Positions 62,053-64,000 of a stretch of DNA of 64,000 nt are shown here, piece after piece. The notes beneath the pieces are model-generated. The model searched no databases, was not told where the DNA came from, and worked only from the letters and a program-made list of their open reading frames with translations. Every line of letters starts with the position of its first letter. Within the stretch, counting starts at the first letter, position 1. Made by a program: the position numbers and the translations under genes. Source of the stretch: an uncultured Planctomycetales bacterium (GTDB lineage Bacteria > Omnitrophota > Gorgyraeia > Gygaellales > Profunditerraquicolaceae); contig CAZIUK010000001.1 of the NCBI GenBank assembly GCA_964542785.1, positions 332,701 through 396,700 on the forward strand. Reading direction: 5' to 3'.

Positions 62053-62526
62053 ATGGTGTATAAAACGATAAATCCTGAGTTAGCCAAGCTTCTTGCTCAT
62101 TGGAAGGGTAAGGAAGGAAACCTTATTATGATTCTGCATGAGATACAGAATCATCACGGGTATGTTCCTAGGGGGTTATCTTTGGAGCTCTCTAAGATGC
62201 TTAACGTGCCTTTAGCGCGTATATACGAGGTGACAACCTTTTATAATTTTTTTAAATTATCCCCCCCGGGTAAACACCGCATAGCCTTGTGTATGGGGAC
62301 TGCTTGTTATCTACGCGGAGCAGAAGCAGTTTTAACAGAGATAAAGAATATTCTTGGGATAGAGGATGGCCAGACTACTAAAGATGGGCTCTTTCATTTG
62401 GATGTAGTTAGGTGTTTAGGTTGTTGTGGGTTGGCTCCGGTAATGATGATTGATAGTAAGGTTTACGGCAAAGTTAAGAAAGACGAGATTACCGATATAT
62501 TATCTAAGTATATTAAAGAGGAATAG
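62053..62526 (+). CDS. NuoE/HndA-like [2Fe-2S] thioredoxin-like subunit of an NADH dehydrogenase or NAD(P)-reducing hydrogenase
   Basis: Cys ligands are present (CMGTAC...RCLGCCGLAPV). Confidence 0.7.
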   Translation: MVYKTINPELAKLLAHWKGKEGNLIMILHEIQNHHGYVPRGLSLELSKMLNVPLARIYEVTTFYNFFKLSPPGKHRIALCMGTACYLRGAEAVLTEIKNILGIEDGQTTKDGLFHLDVVRCLGCCGLAPVMMIDSKVYGKVKKDEITDILSKYIKEE

Positions 62527-62530
62527 TCTT

Positions 62531-62875
62531 ATGGTAAAATTATCTAAAGAGGAATTAGAAAAGTTAAGTAAAGTTGTTTTTGATAATAAAGATTATATTA
62601 AGGTTGGGATGAGTAGCTGTGGTATTGCCGCAGGTGCAGAAGAGGTCTACAGTTTTTTTGTAGAAGAGGCAAGAAAAAGAAACATAAAAATAGATGTTAA
62701 AAAATGTGGGTGTGCAGGGAGTTGTTATGCTGAGCCTTTAGTTGAGGTAAGGGTGGAAGGTTTGCCTGTGATTGTTTACGGAAGGGTGAATAAAGATATT
62801 GCGGTTAAGATAATAGAAAAACATGTTATATCTAAGATGTTAGTTAATGATTGCATCTTTGACTCTTTAACTTAA
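62531..62875 (+). CDS. HndB-like small [2Fe-2S] ferredoxin-type subunit
   Basis: 114 aa from MVKLSKE. Cys ligands are SSCGIAAG...CGCAGSC. The track ORF starts earlier, at 62450. Confidence 0.5.
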   Translation: MVKLSKEELEKLSKVVFDNKDYIKVGMSSCGIAAGAEEVYSFFVEEARKRNIKIDVKKCGCAGSCYAEPLVEVRVEGLPVIVYGRVNKDIAVKIIEKHVISKMLVNDCIFDSLT

Positions 62876-62882
62876 TAAAAAT

Positions 62883-64000
62883 ATGTACACTAAAACAGTT
62901 TTGATAAAAGATACGGATACTTTAAGAGAAGATATAACCCGCGATGCCTATACGCGTCTTCTAGATTGCTTACGCGAAGATAATCTGCATGATCAAGTGC
63001 AAGTAGTGCGAGCTTCAGACGTAGGCGTCTATGAGCATGGGTTAGTTTTAAAGATTTATCCTGATAATATAATTTATGCTAATGTGCAGGAATCCGATCT
63101 TAAACGTATCGCAGATTCTATTAAAGATAATAGGGTTATTGACGAGCTTATCTTTAAGCCCAAGGTAAAGCAGTTAAGGTTAGTATTAAGGAATTGCGGC
63201 AAGGTGGATCCTGAGAGCATTGATGAGTATATAGCCAATGAAGGTTATTTAGCCTTAAAGAAGGTTATACTTGATTTAGGCCAACAGAAGTTAATTGACG
63301 AGATAAAGTTAAGCGGTTTAAGGGGTAGAGGCGGAGCAGGATATCCGACTTGGATGAAGTGGAACTTTGCCCGGGCAGAAGTTTCTGAGCAAAAGTATGT
63401 AATCTGTAATGCTGACGAAGGAGATCCCGGAGCTTATATGGATAGAAGTATACTCGAAGGAGACCCCCACTCTGTCATAGAGGGTTTGGCTATTGCTGCC
63501 TTTGCGGTAGGAGCTGATAAGGGTTATTTTTATATCCGCGCAGAATATCCCTTAGCAATAGAAAGAGTTGATAAGGCTATAAAGAAAGCTTATGAATACG
63601 GCTTGTTAGGAAATAATATATTAGGATGTTCTTTTAATCTTGATTTAGAGATAAGATTAGGGGCAGGCGCTTTTGTCTGCGGTGAAGAGACTGCTCTGAT
63701 ATCTTCAATAGAAGGGAAAAGGGGTACTCCTCACCCAAGGCCGCCGTATCCTTCGGTTAAGGGTTTATGGGGGAAGCCTACGGTTATTAATAATGTTGAG
63801 ACTTTGGCTAATGTTTCGCAAATCGTCCTAAAGGGCGGGGAATGGTTTAGTGGGATAGGGACTAAGACATCCAAAGGAACTAAAGTCTTTGCAGTTACAG
63901 GCAAGGTGAAAAACTCTGGGTTAGTTGAGATAGTTATGGGGGCTACCCTAAGAGAGATTGTTATGGATATCTGTGGGGGGACTTCGTCGGGTAAATCAAT
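62883..64000 (+). CDS. NuoF/HndC-like NADH-binding flavoprotein subunit (partial, runs off the window end)
   Basis: It has the GRGGAGYPT FMN/NADH-binding motif and NuoF-like sequence. No stop codon occurs within the window. Confidence 0.7.
   Translation, partial: MYTKTVLIKDTDTLREDITRDAYTRLLDCLREDNLHDQVQVVRASDVGVYEHGLVLKIYPDNIIYANVQESDLKRIADSIKDNRVIDELIFKPKVKQLRLVLRNCGKVDPESIDEYIANEGYLALKKVILDLGQQKLIDEIKLSGLRGRGGAGYPTWMKWNFARAEVSEQKYVICNADEGDPGAYMDRSILEGDPHSVIEGLAIAAFAVGADKGYFYIRAEYPLAIERVDKAIKKAYEYGLLGNNILGCSFNLDLEIRLGAGAFVCGEETALISSIEGKRGTPHPRPPYPSVKGLWGKPTVINNVETLANVSQIVLKGGEWFSGIGTKTSKGTKVFAVTGKVKNSGLVEIVMGATLREIVMDICGGTSSGKS

Overview
The window has two compositionally distinct parts. 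From about 1 to 37.9 kb the G+C content is visibly higher, and this stretch is the distal end of an integrated lambda-like siphovirus prophage with cargo. Gene order follows lambda closely: portal (C-terminal fragment), prohead protease/scaffold, DUF2190-like decoration protein, E-family major capsid, head-tail joining proteins, major tail protein, a G/GT tail-assembly chaperone with a programmed -1 frameshift, tape measure, then M-, L-, K- and I/J-like tail-tip proteins. The tail-fibre module contains an unexpected cassette at 14.4-19.9 kb: a Cys/His-rich protein with a triplicated repeat, followed by three consecutive, translationally coupled radical-SAM/SPASM maturase genes and a DUF1566 protein. 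I consider this the most novel element in the window; it may be a phage-encoded peptide or protein-crosslinking (RiPP-like) system acting on a virion or receptor-binding protein. Downstream of the phage genes lies a defence island at 21.8-31.7 kb. It carries an excisionase-type HTH gene, a complete type I restriction-modification operon (hsdM, hsdS, hsdR) whose hsdS gene holds two simple-sequence repeats ((ACAG)8 and a 12-bp LEAE-coding repeat), a SIR2-HerA antiphage pair and a PD-(D/E)xK-like gene. A cluster of five secreted proteins, some CsgG-like or PEGA-domain, follows at 31.7-36.6 kb. After a G+C drop at about 36.6-38 kb the rest of the window (38-64 kb) looks like low-GC host chromosome. 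It encodes two ABC-2 exporter pairs flanking a Cas4/RecB-like nuclease, a methyltransferase, a trypsin-like protease, an alpha/beta hydrolase, ClpB, a ZIP transporter, Hsp20, an M15 peptidase, a DapB-like protein, an M50 protease, a class-A beta-lactamase-like hydrolase, MscS and a Na/Pi cotransporter. It also has a TPP riboswitch and terminator ahead of thi4, a trehalose cluster (membrane-anchored sensor-OtsA fusion, OtsB, TreT) and NuoE/NuoF-like (HndABC-type) subunits. No rRNA, tRNA or CRISPR array was recognised.
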